Assembly (NCBI GenBank): GCA_032027125.1
Contig: JAVSMQ010000001.1
Location: forward strand, 2,886,778-2,950,777
DNA: 64,000 nucleotides
Origin: Candidatus Kapaibacterium sp.
GTDB lineage: Bacteria > Bacteroidota > Ignavibacteria > Kapaibacteriales > UBA2268
Reading direction: 5' to 3'
Shown here piece by piece: positions 17,727-28,514 of this stretch (its first letter is position 1; each line of letters opens with the position of its first letter). Below the pieces are notes generated by a model that was not told the DNA's origin, searched no databases, and worked only from the letters and a program-made list of their open reading frames with translations. The position numbers and the translations under genes were made by a program.

Positions 17727-19805
17727 TTAACGAATTACATTAAGAAGCTTAGTCTGCGACTTGCCGTTTACGTTAATTGAGTAATAATAAGCACCTGCAG
17801 TAAGGTCTGAGGTTATAACATTGATAGTATTCTGACCTGCCTGAGCCTGTCCGTTAAATACTGACTTTACGATTTGTCCCATTGTATTATGAATATTTAC
17901 GCTGACTGTAGCATCATAGTCCATAATAAAATTGATTGCTGCAAATTCATTAGCAGGATTAGGACTGATTGCATTTAAAGAAAAAGGTAATGTTTCGAGT
18001 ACTGATGTTACAAGACCTTTAGGAGTTTGTAATGTAGGATTTCGTACAGGAACAGGATTTTTTGCATCGTGAACAGCAGCAACCAAACTATAAGCTACTG
18101 GGAAGTCTCTGCCGCCTCTGTCGCCAACAATATTCTGAACGAAATAAGGATAAGCATATCTTGGATTTGTTGCAGTAAACTCCTGTGTAATATATTCAAC
18201 AATCGGTATTTGAGTTAACGAAGGTACTATTTCGGGAATATAAGTACCTCGGTTGTACCATAAGTCATTGGTTAAGTTATAAGGAGCATCCCAATTTGGA
18301 TTACTGAGTGTGCGATAAGCAACAAAAATATCAGTAGCATTTACGGAATCCAAAGTTTCAGCAGGGAAACTTCCAATCAGTCTGACAGGAGTATTTAATT
18401 TAGCAATATTTCCTTCATTTGGAGTATCAAGCCATTTGAGAATAATTGACTGACCGTCAGCAGTTTTAGCAGCTTGAATTTCATTGTATCGAGGGCTGAG
18501 ATATAATGAATCTTTCAAAGCAGTTGTACCGCTTGAATTAGCAATACGAAGTGGTGATATATTAAGTTCACCTATTCTTCTTAATGGCTGCCAAGTACCG
18601 TTTTTATACTGTGCTTCTACATAATGTCCGGTAGCAACAGCATTTTCCTGTGTAGTTCCAACTATTGAAAAAAGTCTCATGAATATAGAAAATTCATCAA
18701 CACCGGTAACTACAGTAGCCATATTTGTATAGGCATAAGCATAATAGTTGAAATCAGGATTGTGCTGCCAAAGTGCTAAGAAATCTGAAATTATTGAAAA
18801 AGGCATTCTTGCAAATTGTGACCAGGTTTTGCCATTGTCAACTGATTTTGAGAAGGCAGGAATTCTATGGTCTTCGTCATCTTTAAATATATTGAAAATA
18901 AAAGAATAAATATTTCCTTCATTATCTCCGCCCATTCTGATTGGTGCATTCCATGAGCTTCCCAAGGAACCGGCATCTTTGAATTGTGCGGTACCCCATT
19001 CTGCAGGAACTTTAGATTGCGGATTCAATGTACTGCCTGTAAAATCAATATAGCTCAAACCATAAGCACCGTATTGATAACCGTCAAGTGGTGTTAATGT
19101 ACCATATACATAGAAATGATCGCCCTTTGAGCTTGATATGGCAAAACTTTGTTTGTTTGTTACACCCCATTGCTGAACACCGCCGACGTTGTTTTGAACC
19201 GGTGCTTTTTCCGGGAATTTTTCAACTTTATCCCAGCCCTGACCATTGAAGAAAAGATACTGATTACCTTCTGCATAGTAGGTAGTATCATTTGGTGTAG
19301 GTCTTGGAATGAATGGTGTAACTGTAATTACATATTTGAATTTCGAAGGGTCCGATTCATTATTAGGATTAAGTACAGAAATTGAAGGGAAAAAGAGCAT
19401 AACTTTCTTTTCTGTATAAATCGGTGCTTTTGTCCAATTCTGACCGCCGTCATTTGAAAAATGAAGATAGACCGAACCGTCTGCCCAACCATCAACAGTT
19501 TGTCTGTCAGTTGTAACATAAATCAAAGTATTTGATTTAGGTTCATAAGTGAATGGTGTAACTGCATCAAACATAGCTGACCAAAAATATTCAAGATTCA
19601 TATCAATGACTTTAAAAGCCATTTGTGAAGCAGGATAATCTCCCGTCTTTACTTTGATTACATCAGAAGGTTTGATTCCGATTTTGCTAATATCAATATG
19701 CTGATTTGGTTGAGCTGGTCCTAACACGGACTTGTCAACAGGCTTTGCAATGATGCTCAAGGGGAGCAGAATCGCTAAAACTACCATTAAGTAGAAGTTT
19801 TTCAT
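17727..19805 (-). CDS. secreted BNR/Asp-box-repeat protein with T9SS C-terminal sorting domain
   Basis: signal peptide MKNFYLMVVLAILLPLSIIA (start moved to the second Met, which has the better context and matches the paralog); SxDxGxxW repeats (FSNDGGQNWTK, SKSVDNGKTWSQ); C-terminal ~80 aa sorting domain ending KLLNVIR. Confidence 0.7.
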   Translation of the reverse strand: MKNFYLMVVLAILLPLSIIAKPVDKSVLGPAQPNQHIDISKIGIKPSDVIKVKTGDYPASQMAFKVIDMNLEYFWSAMFDAVTPFTYEPKSNTLIYVTTDRQTVDGWADGSVYLHFSNDGGQNWTKAPIYTEKKVMLFFPSISVLNPNNESDPSKFKYVITVTPFIPRPTPNDTTYYAEGNQYLFFNGQGWDKVEKFPEKAPVQNNVGGVQQWGVTNKQSFAISSSKGDHFYVYGTLTPLDGYQYGAYGLSYIDFTGSTLNPQSKVPAEWGTAQFKDAGSLGSSWNAPIRMGGDNEGNIYSFIFNIFKDDEDHRIPAFSKSVDNGKTWSQFARMPFSIISDFLALWQHNPDFNYYAYAYTNMATVVTGVDEFSIFMRLFSIVGTTQENAVATGHYVEAQYKNGTWQPLRRIGELNISPLRIANSSGTTALKDSLYLSPRYNEIQAAKTADGQSIILKWLDTPNEGNIAKLNTPVRLIGSFPAETLDSVNATDIFVAYRTLSNPNWDAPYNLTNDLWYNRGTYIPEIVPSLTQIPIVEYITQEFTATNPRYAYPYFVQNIVGDRGGRDFPVAYSLVAAVHDAKNPVPVRNPTLQTPKGLVTSVLETLPFSLNAISPNPANEFAAINFIMDYDATVSVNIHNTMGQIVKSVFNGQAQAGQNTINVITSDLTAGAYYYSINVNGKSQTKLLNVIR

Positions 19806-20188
19806 TAGATTTCTCCAAAAATAAAAATTTAACACTAATTAGAAATTCAAAAATAATTATCTTTTTATCATTCTATAATCATTCAAAAAACAAAATTAAT
19901 TGGTTTTTTTTACTTAAAAAAATTATTTCTTTCAATTGACACATAATAAAGACACATGAAGTAAATAAAAAGTTACAAATAAATATGACCCTGTAATCAA
20001 AATTGGCTTTAAATCTCTGCTTTATAAACTTATTAGCAAATTTTCACTTATTAAAAAAAATATTTTTGCATAATAACGTTTTTAAAAAATAACAGTAAAT
20101 TTAGTTGCAATGAAAATCATCAAATTTTCAATTTAAATATCCTGTTAAGATTATTATGTCATTTTACTAATATAAAATTTGCAATCTC

Positions 20189-20221
20189 AAAAAAGCCCCG
20201 CAACTGATTTGCTGCGAGGCT
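20189..20221 (-). terminator. rho-independent terminator of the 20249..22315 gene
   Basis: imperfect GC hairpin gccucgcagc...gcggggc followed by UUUUUU on the minus strand. Confidence 0.55.
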
Positions 20222-20248
20222 TTGATTAAAACCTAATTACTAAGTGTG

Positions 20249-22315
20249 TTACCGGACAACATTAAGAAGCTTAGTCTGCGACTTGCCGTTAACGCTGATT
20301 GAATAAAAATAAGCACCTGCCGGCAGGTCTGAGGTTATAACATTGATAGTATTCTGACCTGCCTGAGCCTGTCCAGAATATACTTCTTTTACAACCTGCC
20401 CCATAGGATTATGGATTTTTAGAGAAACATTTGCATCAAAATCAAGGTTGAACTTAACTTCTGTAAAATTATCTGCCGGATTTGGGCTGACATCTTTAAG
20501 TGAGAATGGAAGTTGTTCTAAAATCGAAGAAGGATCATCAAGTCCTTTTGGATCCTGAATAGCAGGATTTTTAACAGGAACAGGATTATTGGCATCAAAG
20601 ACTGATGTAATCAAATTAGAGAATCCTCTGTCGGCTACTATATTTTGTAAAAAGTAAGGATAGCTTATTCTTGCACTTGTAGGAGGAAATGCAGTCGTAA
20701 CATGTTCTGCAACAGGAATCTGAGATAAGGAAGGCACAATCTCAGGAATAAAAGTACCCTTATTATACCACTTATCCTGCGTAATATTATAATTTACCCA
20801 GGTATCACTATTCAAATGCCGGTAACCAATGAAAATATCGGTTGCTGCCAATGAATCTATAATGGTTGTTGGCATACTTCCTACTAAAGTAACAGGAGAT
20901 ATCAATTTGGCAGTATTATATTCGCTCGGTGTATCAAGCCATTTAAAGACAATAGAATTGCCGTCTGCTGTAATTGCAGCCTGTATTTCCTGATACCGCG
21001 GATTTGTCTGTAATGAGTCTTTTGTTGGAGCACCGCTTGCTGCTACATTTGCAATTCGCAGGGGATTAATGTTAAGTTCGGCAATTCTTCTAAGAGGCTG
21101 CCATGTTCCGTTTTTATATTGAGCTTCAACATAATGTCCTGTTCCGACAGCATTTTCGGCTGTTGTACCCACCCAGGAATATAATCTGAGGAATAACGAA
21201 AATTCGTCGGGACCGGTGACAACAGAAGCCCATGTTGTAAATGGATAAACATATTTATTAAATTCAGGATTATGTCCCCATAATGCAAGATAATCATCAA
21301 TTACAGCATCAGGCATTCTTGAAAATTGAGACCAGTTTTTACCATTATCAACTGATTTTGAAAATGCACCAATTCTTTTATCCTGATTATCAGCAAACAT
21401 ATTGAATACAAATGCATAAATGTCGCCGTTTTTATCTGCACCCATTCTCAAAGGAGCATTAGGTGTGCTGTTTAATCCCTCCGGTGTACGGAATTGATTT
21501 ACACCCCATTCTGCCGGTACTTTTGATTGCGGATCCAGTGTACCGCCTGTAAAATCAATATAGCTCAAACCATAATAACCATATTGATATCCTTCCAAAG
21601 GTGAAAGCATCGAATATACATAAAAGAAGTCACCTTTCGGGCTTGATACCGAAAAACTCTGTTTATTATTCCACATCCATTGCTGCACACCGCCTACATT
21701 ATTCTGTACGGGGGCTTTTTCAGGGAATGACTCAACATTTGCCCACCCTGTTCCGTTGTAAAAAAGATACTTATTGCCTTCGGGCCAATATAGTGTATCA
21801 TTTGGTGTAGGTTTCGGAACATAAGGAGTAATTGTTATGACGTATTTGAATTTCGACGGGTCGGTTTCATTGTTTGGATTCAGTACTGCAATTGACGGAA
21901 AAAAGCACATTCTTTTTTCCTCAAAGAAAACCTGCTGTTTTGTCCAGTTCTGTCCGCCGTCATTTGAGAAATGCAGAAACACATAGCCGTTTGCCCAACC
22001 GCCGACTGATTCTCTGTCGGTAGTTACATAAATCAAAGTATTTGATTTCGGTTCATACGTAAAAGGAGTCACGTCTGCCCAAAGCGATGAGAAAAAGAAT
22101 TCAACGGAATCCTGAAGGAGTTTAAAAGCCATCTGCGGTTCGGGGTAATCCCCAATCTTTACCTTGATTACATCGGAAGGACTGATTCCGAAGTTTCCTA
22201 AATCAAGGTAATGATCTGGTTGATGAGGGCTTAAAAAAGTTTTGTCAATAGGTCTTGCAAATATACTTAACGGAAGTAAAATCGCAAAAACAAAAAGCAA
22301 GTAGAAGTTCTTCAT
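20249..22315 (-). CDS. secreted BNR-repeat protein with T9SS C-terminal sorting domain (tandem paralog, ~70% identical to 17727..19805)
   Basis: 688 aa; collinear with the upstream paralog, including FSNDGGQNWTK and the C-terminal KLLNVVR sorting domain; the upstream regions are also similar (acatgaagtaaa..aagttacaaataaa in both). Confidence 0.7.
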   Translation of the reverse strand: MKNFYLLFVFAILLPLSIFARPIDKTFLSPHQPDHYLDLGNFGISPSDVIKVKIGDYPEPQMAFKLLQDSVEFFFSSLWADVTPFTYEPKSNTLIYVTTDRESVGGWANGYVFLHFSNDGGQNWTKQQVFFEEKRMCFFPSIAVLNPNNETDPSKFKYVITITPYVPKPTPNDTLYWPEGNKYLFYNGTGWANVESFPEKAPVQNNVGGVQQWMWNNKQSFSVSSPKGDFFYVYSMLSPLEGYQYGYYGLSYIDFTGGTLDPQSKVPAEWGVNQFRTPEGLNSTPNAPLRMGADKNGDIYAFVFNMFADNQDKRIGAFSKSVDNGKNWSQFSRMPDAVIDDYLALWGHNPEFNKYVYPFTTWASVVTGPDEFSLFLRLYSWVGTTAENAVGTGHYVEAQYKNGTWQPLRRIAELNINPLRIANVAASGAPTKDSLQTNPRYQEIQAAITADGNSIVFKWLDTPSEYNTAKLISPVTLVGSMPTTIIDSLAATDIFIGYRHLNSDTWVNYNITQDKWYNKGTFIPEIVPSLSQIPVAEHVTTAFPPTSARISYPYFLQNIVADRGFSNLITSVFDANNPVPVKNPAIQDPKGLDDPSSILEQLPFSLKDVSPNPADNFTEVKFNLDFDANVSLKIHNPMGQVVKEVYSGQAQAGQNTINVITSDLPAGAYFYSISVNGKSQTKLLNVVR

Positions 22316-22570
22316 TATTATTCTCCAATAATGTTAATAAAACAATCGTTAATTTTTATACTAATTCGACTACTTTTCTTAGGTAAACTCTACAAATCAA
22401 AAAAATCAGACAATAACCGTTACAAAAATAATAATTCTTAATCAATGTACAAATCTAAGACACATGAAGTAAAAAAAAAGTTACAAATAAAAAAAATGAT
22501 AATTGAATTTGATTCTAAACGTAAATGTAACAAGTAATTTAACAAAAAGCAAATTTTTGGAGAAAGTATT

Positions 22571-23662
22571 TTGAATTTGAATAAAGAATTTATTGCCGAA
22601 CAGATTAGCAAAATAATTGATATTGACTTAAATAAGTCATTAAATGACCTTAATGCTGTAAAAAGTATAAATCTTACAGATACTGCAGTTCAGGTTTCGG
22701 TTGAACTTATTCAACCGATACAGTGGATTTACGGAAGTATAAAGAGCAGTATCAAAACTAAATTAGATGAAATTGCACCCGACCACGTGCACGAAATATT
22801 TATTAGTGAGTCTGACACTCCTAACACCGGAAGACAGAATCTTTCAGGGGTAAAAAATATTATTGCTGTAGCTTCAGGAAAAGGCGGGGTAGGAAAATCT
22901 TCAATTGCCTCGAATATTGCCGCAGGACTTTCCTTAAGCGGTGCACAGGTAGGTATTATAGACGGTGATGTTTACGGTCCGAGTCAGCCTACAATGTATG
23001 GCGTAACCGAAGAAAGACTCCAGTCAACCACTTTACCTGACGGCACTCAGGCTGCAGTTCCTGTGGAGCAGTTCGGAATAAAAATTGCATCTATGGGATT
23101 TGTAATAAACCGTGATGAGGCGGCAATTGTCCGCGGTCCTATGCTTGCCGGTTATTTCTCGATGCTTTTCGAACAGGTTTCATGGGGTGAGCTTGACTTC
23201 CTCGTATTTGACCTTCCTCCCGGTACCGGTGATATACAGCTTACTTTAACTCAGAAAATTCCTCTTACGGGTGCAGTCATCATTACAACACCACAGGAAA
23301 TTTCACTTGCCGATGTAAGACGGAGTATAACTATGTTTAACCGTGTCAAGGTAGATGTGATTGGTATAGTGGAAAATATGAGCTACTTTACACCAGAAGA
23401 TATGCCTGATAAAAAATACTACATTTTCGGAGAAGGCGGTGGTAAGCGTATTGCTGATGAATTCGGGGTTGACCTTTTGGGGCAGGTACCGCTGAATATT
23501 GCAATGCGAGAAGGTAATGACGGCGGTATGCCGGTGGTTCTGTCAAAAGACGGCGGAAGTCAGAAGGAAATATTAAAAGATATTACATCCCGCATTGTAT
23601 CGCAAATCCGCAGACTGAATTATGCAAAAAGTCAAGTTTCACTACCGACAATTGAGTTGTAA
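22571..23662 (+). CDS. apbC: Mrp/NBP35/ApbC-family iron-sulfur cluster carrier ATPase
   Basis: 363 aa; N-terminal DUF59-like domain and P-loop VASGKGGVGKSSIASN; TTG start as given by the ORF track. Confidence 0.85.
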   Translation: MNLNKEFIAEQISKIIDIDLNKSLNDLNAVKSINLTDTAVQVSVELIQPIQWIYGSIKSSIKTKLDEIAPDHVHEIFISESDTPNTGRQNLSGVKNIIAVASGKGGVGKSSIASNIAAGLSLSGAQVGIIDGDVYGPSQPTMYGVTEERLQSTTLPDGTQAAVPVEQFGIKIASMGFVINRDEAAIVRGPMLAGYFSMLFEQVSWGELDFLVFDLPPGTGDIQLTLTQKIPLTGAVIITTPQEISLADVRRSITMFNRVKVDVIGIVENMSYFTPEDMPDKKYYIFGEGGGKRIADEFGVDLLGQVPLNIAMREGNDGGMPVVLSKDGGSQKEILKDITSRIVSQIRRLNYAKSQVSLPTIEL

Positions 23663-23664
23663 AG

Positions 23665-23901
23665 TTGAATTCACCGATAAAATCAAGAGTTGAGAAAATA
23701 TTAAAAAAACTGCGTCCCTATCTTGAAATTGATGATGGGGACGTAGAATATGTCCGTTTTGAGGAGGATACCAAAACACTGGTTGTACGCTTTCTCGGCA
23801 ACTGTGCAGACTGCCCGATGGCAATGATGACCCTGCGCGGCGGTATTGAGAGATTTATACTCAAGGATATTCCAGAAGTTCGACGCGTTGAGAAAATTTA
23901 A
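23665..23901 (+). CDS. NifU-like Fe-S cluster assembly domain protein
   Basis: 78 aa; CxxC motif GNCADCPMAMMTLRGGIE typical of the NifU C-terminal domain; adjacent to mrp. Confidence 0.7.
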   Translation: MNSPIKSRVEKILKKLRPYLEIDDGDVEYVRFEEDTKTLVVRFLGNCADCPMAMMTLRGGIERFILKDIPEVRRVEKI

Positions 23902-23970
23902 TTATTTTTACAATATCAATAAAATAGTTTTGCAGATATAAAAAAAAGTGTTACTTTTGAATTCTCTAAA

Positions 23971-24045
23971 GGGGGTGTAGCTCAGTTGGTCTAGAGCATC
24001 TGCCTTACAAGCAGAGGGTCGGGGGTTCGACTCCCTCCGCCCCCA
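23971..24045 (+). tRNA. tRNA-Val: tRNA-Val (anticodon TAC)
   Basis: manual cloverleaf: acceptor gggggtg/cgccccc, D-arm gctc-agttggtct-agagc, anticodon stem tctgc/gcaga with loop cttacaa (TAC), T-arm ggggg-ttcgact-ccctc, discriminator A; no encoded CCA. Confidence 0.8.
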
Positions 24046-25275
24046 CGGAATGAAAATCTAAGTCCTTGTAATTGAATAAGTTGCAAGGACTTTATTTATT
24101 CATCCAACACATTTCCAACATATTTTATTTGTTTCTTGTTTGTTATTCTTCTTTTGTTTCAAGATTTAAGTTAAGTGCTGCATATAAATCTTTTAAGTGC
24201 CTATGAAAAAAGGTTAGTTATCTTGGAGAAGAAATAACATCCTTTTCTAATTTGACAAAAATATTGATTTATATTCGGAAATAAAAATTATATGAGTTCT
24301 CATCCAATATTATCTGCGAATTGATAAAGGTTAATTTTACAGGCAACAACAAATGCCTGTTTAAACAGGCACCATTCGAACTTCAATGAATTTTGCGACT
24401 CTTTTATGATTGTACAGTTTATTTGCTATCCTCGTTCATTATAACCTTGACAATTCGATTGCAGAGGCTATCTGTTCATCCAACTATTTTTGGCAAAAAT
24501 AATTGTTTATTTTATTGAATAAAGCCATCTTGTAATCTGAAGCGGTTTATCATCTCATTGATAAGAACTATCAAAGTTTTACCAACTGCTGAAGATACTT
24601 TTCCTGAAACTTGTATGTTTTAGAATCCGGGTCTTGATTATCTTGGTCAAAGACTGGTAAACCTTGTGTTTTGGCTATTGCTTCAAATAATAACTCGACA
24701 GCAAGGCTATCTTCATCATCGAAATCCACATTTATTTTCTTTCTCATTCCAATCATCCTTTATAATTATTTATTAATGTCTCAATTTACTTTCAAGTTTT
24801 AAAAGCATTTTCTTCATAAAAACGAAACGTTCTAAGTTGTAAAAGGTAAATTATTGTTGACTTATAGAAGTAGGTCAATTTTTCGTTGAAACAGTAAGAA
24901 AGTTAATCGCACTTGTACTAACGGTCTTCAGTCTGTTACAAGCAGATTTCTAATACCTTTGAGTAATATGTTTGGAAATAGTTTGAATGTTTTTTGGGTG
25001 TCGGACTTCAAAAAGGAAAACTCATACTACCTAAAATTATATTAACAGTTGTATGATTAATTTCATTCGGAAGTAAATATTTTATATTACGATAGCTATT
25101 ATTTTTAGTTTACAATGTCTTTATATTGCTTCAAAAGTGAGCCGATTGATGGATTCAAATTTTAAGATGTACTTCTTCTTATGAAATTCTTCGGATGGAA
25201 AAATAAGGTTAGACAATAATTATAATAAAAAAAACATATTTACGTTTCTACATTTGTTAAAATTTAAATGGTTTT

Positions 25276-25857
25276 ATGAAAGGTAAAGTTAAAAATATTA
25301 TTGTTGTAGTTCTGTTGGTGATATTCCCAATATCAGCCATAGGTTTGAACGTTTCTGTGCATAAATGCAAACAGAAAGGTACAATTCATTTTGACTTTTT
25401 CGGTACAAGAAATAACCCCGATAATCCGATTTGCGGCTGCAAGGCAAAAGAAACCCAAACATTACCCAAACAAAAAACACATTCTTGCTGTAATAATCCA
25501 AATATTGAAGTTGAATCCGGTGAATGCAATGAAACTAATAATACTGAAACTGAGAAAACCGGCATTCAAATCCTTAAATCTTCCTGCTGTTCTGATTCAG
25601 CTTTAGAATATTCAGTTAATTCAGCAATAATATCTTTGAATAAAATCAGGTTATTAATAGAAACACCTGTTATTTTTAATATTTTGTTTCATAAAATAAA
25701 TTATGAAGCAGGATATTTCGATAAAATGTCTGCCAAAATTTTTAAATATCCTCTTAAGAAACCGATAAGTAAAATCATATCATGCATATATTTCACTTTT
25801 GAAACAGGTGACGATTCCGTACCACTACATTCATCTGTGCTATATCCAATAGCATAG
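25276..25857 (+). CDS. secreted Cys-rich hypothetical protein (paralog of 52717..53271)
   Basis: signal peptide; first ~75 aa ~80% identical to the second copy (HKCK, ICGCKAKETQTLP, HSCCN, SSCCSDS). Confidence 0.5.
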   Translation: MKGKVKNIIVVVLLVIFPISAIGLNVSVHKCKQKGTIHFDFFGTRNNPDNPICGCKAKETQTLPKQKTHSCCNNPNIEVESGECNETNNTETEKTGIQILKSSCCSDSALEYSVNSAIISLNKIRLLIETPVIFNILFHKINYEAGYFDKMSAKIFKYPLKKPISKIISCIYFTFETGDDSVPLHSSVLYPIA

Positions 25858-25976
25858 AAATAATCATTATTTCTTTTTATAGAAGCAGATTATAATTTTA
25901 TTTCTGAAATTATATAGCATTGCTTTAATACATTATATTTGATTTAAATCAAGTAAAATTATTAGTTTTTATTTTT

Positions 25977-27284
25977 TTGATAACAATGAAGAATAATATG
26001 AAAAAAATAGTATTAATATTGCTGTTATGTGTAGTTTGGGTAACCTGGAATTATGATTCTGTGGATGCAATTCCGGCATTTGCAAGGAAATACCAGACAT
26101 CATGTAACACTTGTCATACAGTCTATCCTCAACTCAATCCTTTTGGTGAATCTTTTAGAATTAATGGTTATCAATTTCCAAATGATGATGAGGAACAGAC
26201 AAAAGAAAAACCGGTTCAATTAGGTTCAGAGGCTTACAAAAGAGTATGGCCCGATGCAGTTTGGCCCAACTTTATGCCCGGTTCATCTCCATTTTCTTTA
26301 AGGGGAAGGTCTGCCTTTAAAATTGATTCCGATACTTCAGGAGCAACAACATCAGAATTTGGAATGCCGGCGCTTCAGTTTTACGGTGCAGGCGTTTTAG
26401 GTAAAGATATTTCAATCTGGGTTGGTGCTCATTTATTCGAGAATGGCGAAACCGGGAGTATTGACAACTTTTTTGTAAAGTTTGATAATCTTTTTACGGA
26501 TTATTTGCCTGAAAAGTTTTTATATGTAAGAGTTGGTCAATTCATACCCGAACTTGTGCCGTTTGCGACAAATCATAGAGGGCTTACCGAGTCGGCTTAT
26601 GCTTTTAATACATACGACCCGTCAATGGGTACTAAGTTCGTTGCTGTGCATGGTCATGGAGCCCAGCCGTTTGGGATAGAACAATTCCAATTGGGGGTTG
26701 AAGCAAGCGGCATAGCAGCAGGGAGATTAAGATATGTTATCGGTATGATAAACGGAAACGGAATCTCTTCAGACAATAATGCCGGTAAAGATTTCTACGG
26801 GAGACTTGCTTATAAAATAGGCGGTTTAGGATTTGACGGAACCGCAGGAGATGGTTCTACTTCGGTAGATACTATCAGTAATACGGGAGAAACATCATTT
26901 ACTATTGGTGGTTTTGGATATAAAGGAATCGGCACTGAATCAAATCTTAACGATTTTGATTTCTACAGAACAGGTGCTGACGTAAACCTTCAATGTGGTA
27001 ATTTGAGTTTGGTCGGCGGTTATATCATAGGCTCAAATGGTGAATTTGAAAATATGAAATATGATTTATATTTTGGAGAAGTTCAATATATGTTCTATCC
27101 ATGGCTGGTTGGATTACTGCGTTATGAACAGGCGAATCCAAAAACTTTAGAATCAGCACGGCAATTTGTGGTACATTTCAGTTCCTTAATTGTGGCAAAT
27201 GTCAAAGTTAAGACTGAAACGAGAATAAACCCTGACAAGATGGATAATATCAACTTGTTTATGGGTTTGGATTTTGCATTTTAA
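25977..27284 (+). CDS. candidate fused monoheme cytochrome c-porin (Cyc2-like outer-membrane protein)
   Basis: 435 aa; signal peptide; single CxxCH (SCNTCHT) within ~20 residues of the predicted cleavage site; the remainder is Gly/aromatic-rich with alternating hydrophobicity and a terminal ...LDFAF (C-terminal Phe), typical of a beta-barrel. Confidence 0.45.
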   Translation: MITMKNNMKKIVLILLLCVVWVTWNYDSVDAIPAFARKYQTSCNTCHTVYPQLNPFGESFRINGYQFPNDDEEQTKEKPVQLGSEAYKRVWPDAVWPNFMPGSSPFSLRGRSAFKIDSDTSGATTSEFGMPALQFYGAGVLGKDISIWVGAHLFENGETGSIDNFFVKFDNLFTDYLPEKFLYVRVGQFIPELVPFATNHRGLTESAYAFNTYDPSMGTKFVAVHGHGAQPFGIEQFQLGVEASGIAAGRLRYVIGMINGNGISSDNNAGKDFYGRLAYKIGGLGFDGTAGDGSTSVDTISNTGETSFTIGGFGYKGIGTESNLNDFDFYRTGADVNLQCGNLSLVGGYIIGSNGEFENMKYDLYFGEVQYMFYPWLVGLLRYEQANPKTLESARQFVVHFSSLIVANVKVKTETRINPDKMDNINLFMGLDFAF

Positions 27285-27320
27285 TAAATAATTTTTTAGA
27301 ATTTTAATAAAGGAAATATC

Positions 27321-27710
27321 ATGAAAAAATCAATGATAATTATATTCGCAGTAGCAATCGCTATTCTTAGCTCTACATTCTTCATTTCTTGTGATAAAAA
27401 AACTACAGTTGCTCCCGAGCATGGTAATACTATGGTGACAATGAATTATTCACCAAATCCGGTTGTAAATACTCCCATAGAGTTTATTTTTTCCGTGATG
27501 GAAGATAATGAAGCTAAGGATGTGACTGATGTTACCTGCGGATTAATGATGGGTTCTACAAATTTAAATCCCATGACTTTGACTAAAACAGGTACAGGAA
27601 AGTATATGGGCTCTTATACATTTGCAATGGCAGACAGTTGTAAGATTACTTTTAATTTTATGCATGACGGTGAAATGAATATGCAAGATTTCATGATTCA
27701 GGTTAAATAA
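27321..27710 (+). CDS. Met-rich lipoprotein (beta-sandwich, FixH/YtkA-like?), possible Cu-binding
   Basis: 129 aa; lipobox FISC; Met-rich patches MMGSTNLNPM and FNFMHDGEMNMQDFM. Confidence 0.35.
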   Translation: MKKSMIIIFAVAIAILSSTFFISCDKKTTVAPEHGNTMVTMNYSPNPVVNTPIEFIFSVMEDNEAKDVTDVTCGLMMGSTNLNPMTLTKTGTGKYMGSYTFAMADSCKITFNFMHDGEMNMQDFMIQVK

Positions 27711-27728
27711 ACAAGACCAAAGGGTAAA

Positions 27729-28331
27729 ATGTATAAAATAATATTATTGATATCAATATTAGCTTTAAACCTGCCAATGAGTCTCATTTCTTACGCAGGT
27801 GAGATACAGGGACATATTGATACAGATGCTAATAAAACAAAGTATAAAGCTAATACTGTTGTTTACATCGAGAAAGCTGATGGGAATTTCAAACCACCGT
27901 CGGTTAACCCGCAGATGGATCAAAAAAATCTCGTTTTTCTACCAAGAGTACTACCAATTTTGGTTGGGACTACTGTGAATTTTTTGAATAATGATGATGT
28001 GATTCATAACGTATTTTCTCCTGATGCCTGTGTAGGTAAATTTAACCTCGGCTCATGGAAAAAAGGTGAAGTAAAAGCCCGTAAATACGATAAAGCCGGT
28101 TGTAATTCAGTTGTTCTATGTAATGTTCATCCTGAAATGGAAGCTTATGTAGTTGTATTACAAAACCCTTATTTCGCATTAACAGATAAGGATGGGAATT
28201 TTATTATAAAAAATATCCCTGCGGGAAACTATACTCTGTGTGTATGGAACGAAAAATTAAAGTCTCCGTCTCAGGAAATCAATGTGCCTGCTAAAGGTAA
28301 AGTTGATATAGTTTTCACCTTGAAAAAATGA
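27729..28331 (+). CDS. secreted protein with a putative type-1 copper (cupredoxin) site plus a CarboxypepD_reg-like C-terminal domain
   Basis: 200 aa; signal peptide; H-x38-C-x2-H-x2-M (VIHNVF...LCNVHPEM) resembles the amicyanin-type ligand spacing; C-terminal GNYTL motif. Confidence 0.3.
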   Translation: MYKIILLISILALNLPMSLISYAGEIQGHIDTDANKTKYKANTVVYIEKADGNFKPPSVNPQMDQKNLVFLPRVLPILVGTTVNFLNNDDVIHNVFSPDACVGKFNLGSWKKGEVKARKYDKAGCNSVVLCNVHPEMEAYVVVLQNPYFALTDKDGNFIIKNIPAGNYTLCVWNEKLKSPSQEINVPAKGKVDIVFTLKK

Positions 28332-28514
28332 TGTTCTTTAACACAGATTATTATATAAATACTAATGTTTTTATATAAATAATTGTTCGATGGAATGTTG
28401 TAGTTAACCTCCTTAATCATATTTTGGTTAAGGAGGAAAACTGCTCTACGGATTTCTATATAATTTAGGACACAATTTGTGTTTAAAATAAATAAATAAT
28501 ATGACTGAATATAT

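Noticed and set aside
24571-24756. 61-aa minus-strand ORF in the AT-rich gap after tRNA-Val
   Set aside because: No recognisable motif, RBS or conservation evidence; could be a real small protein but is unsupported.
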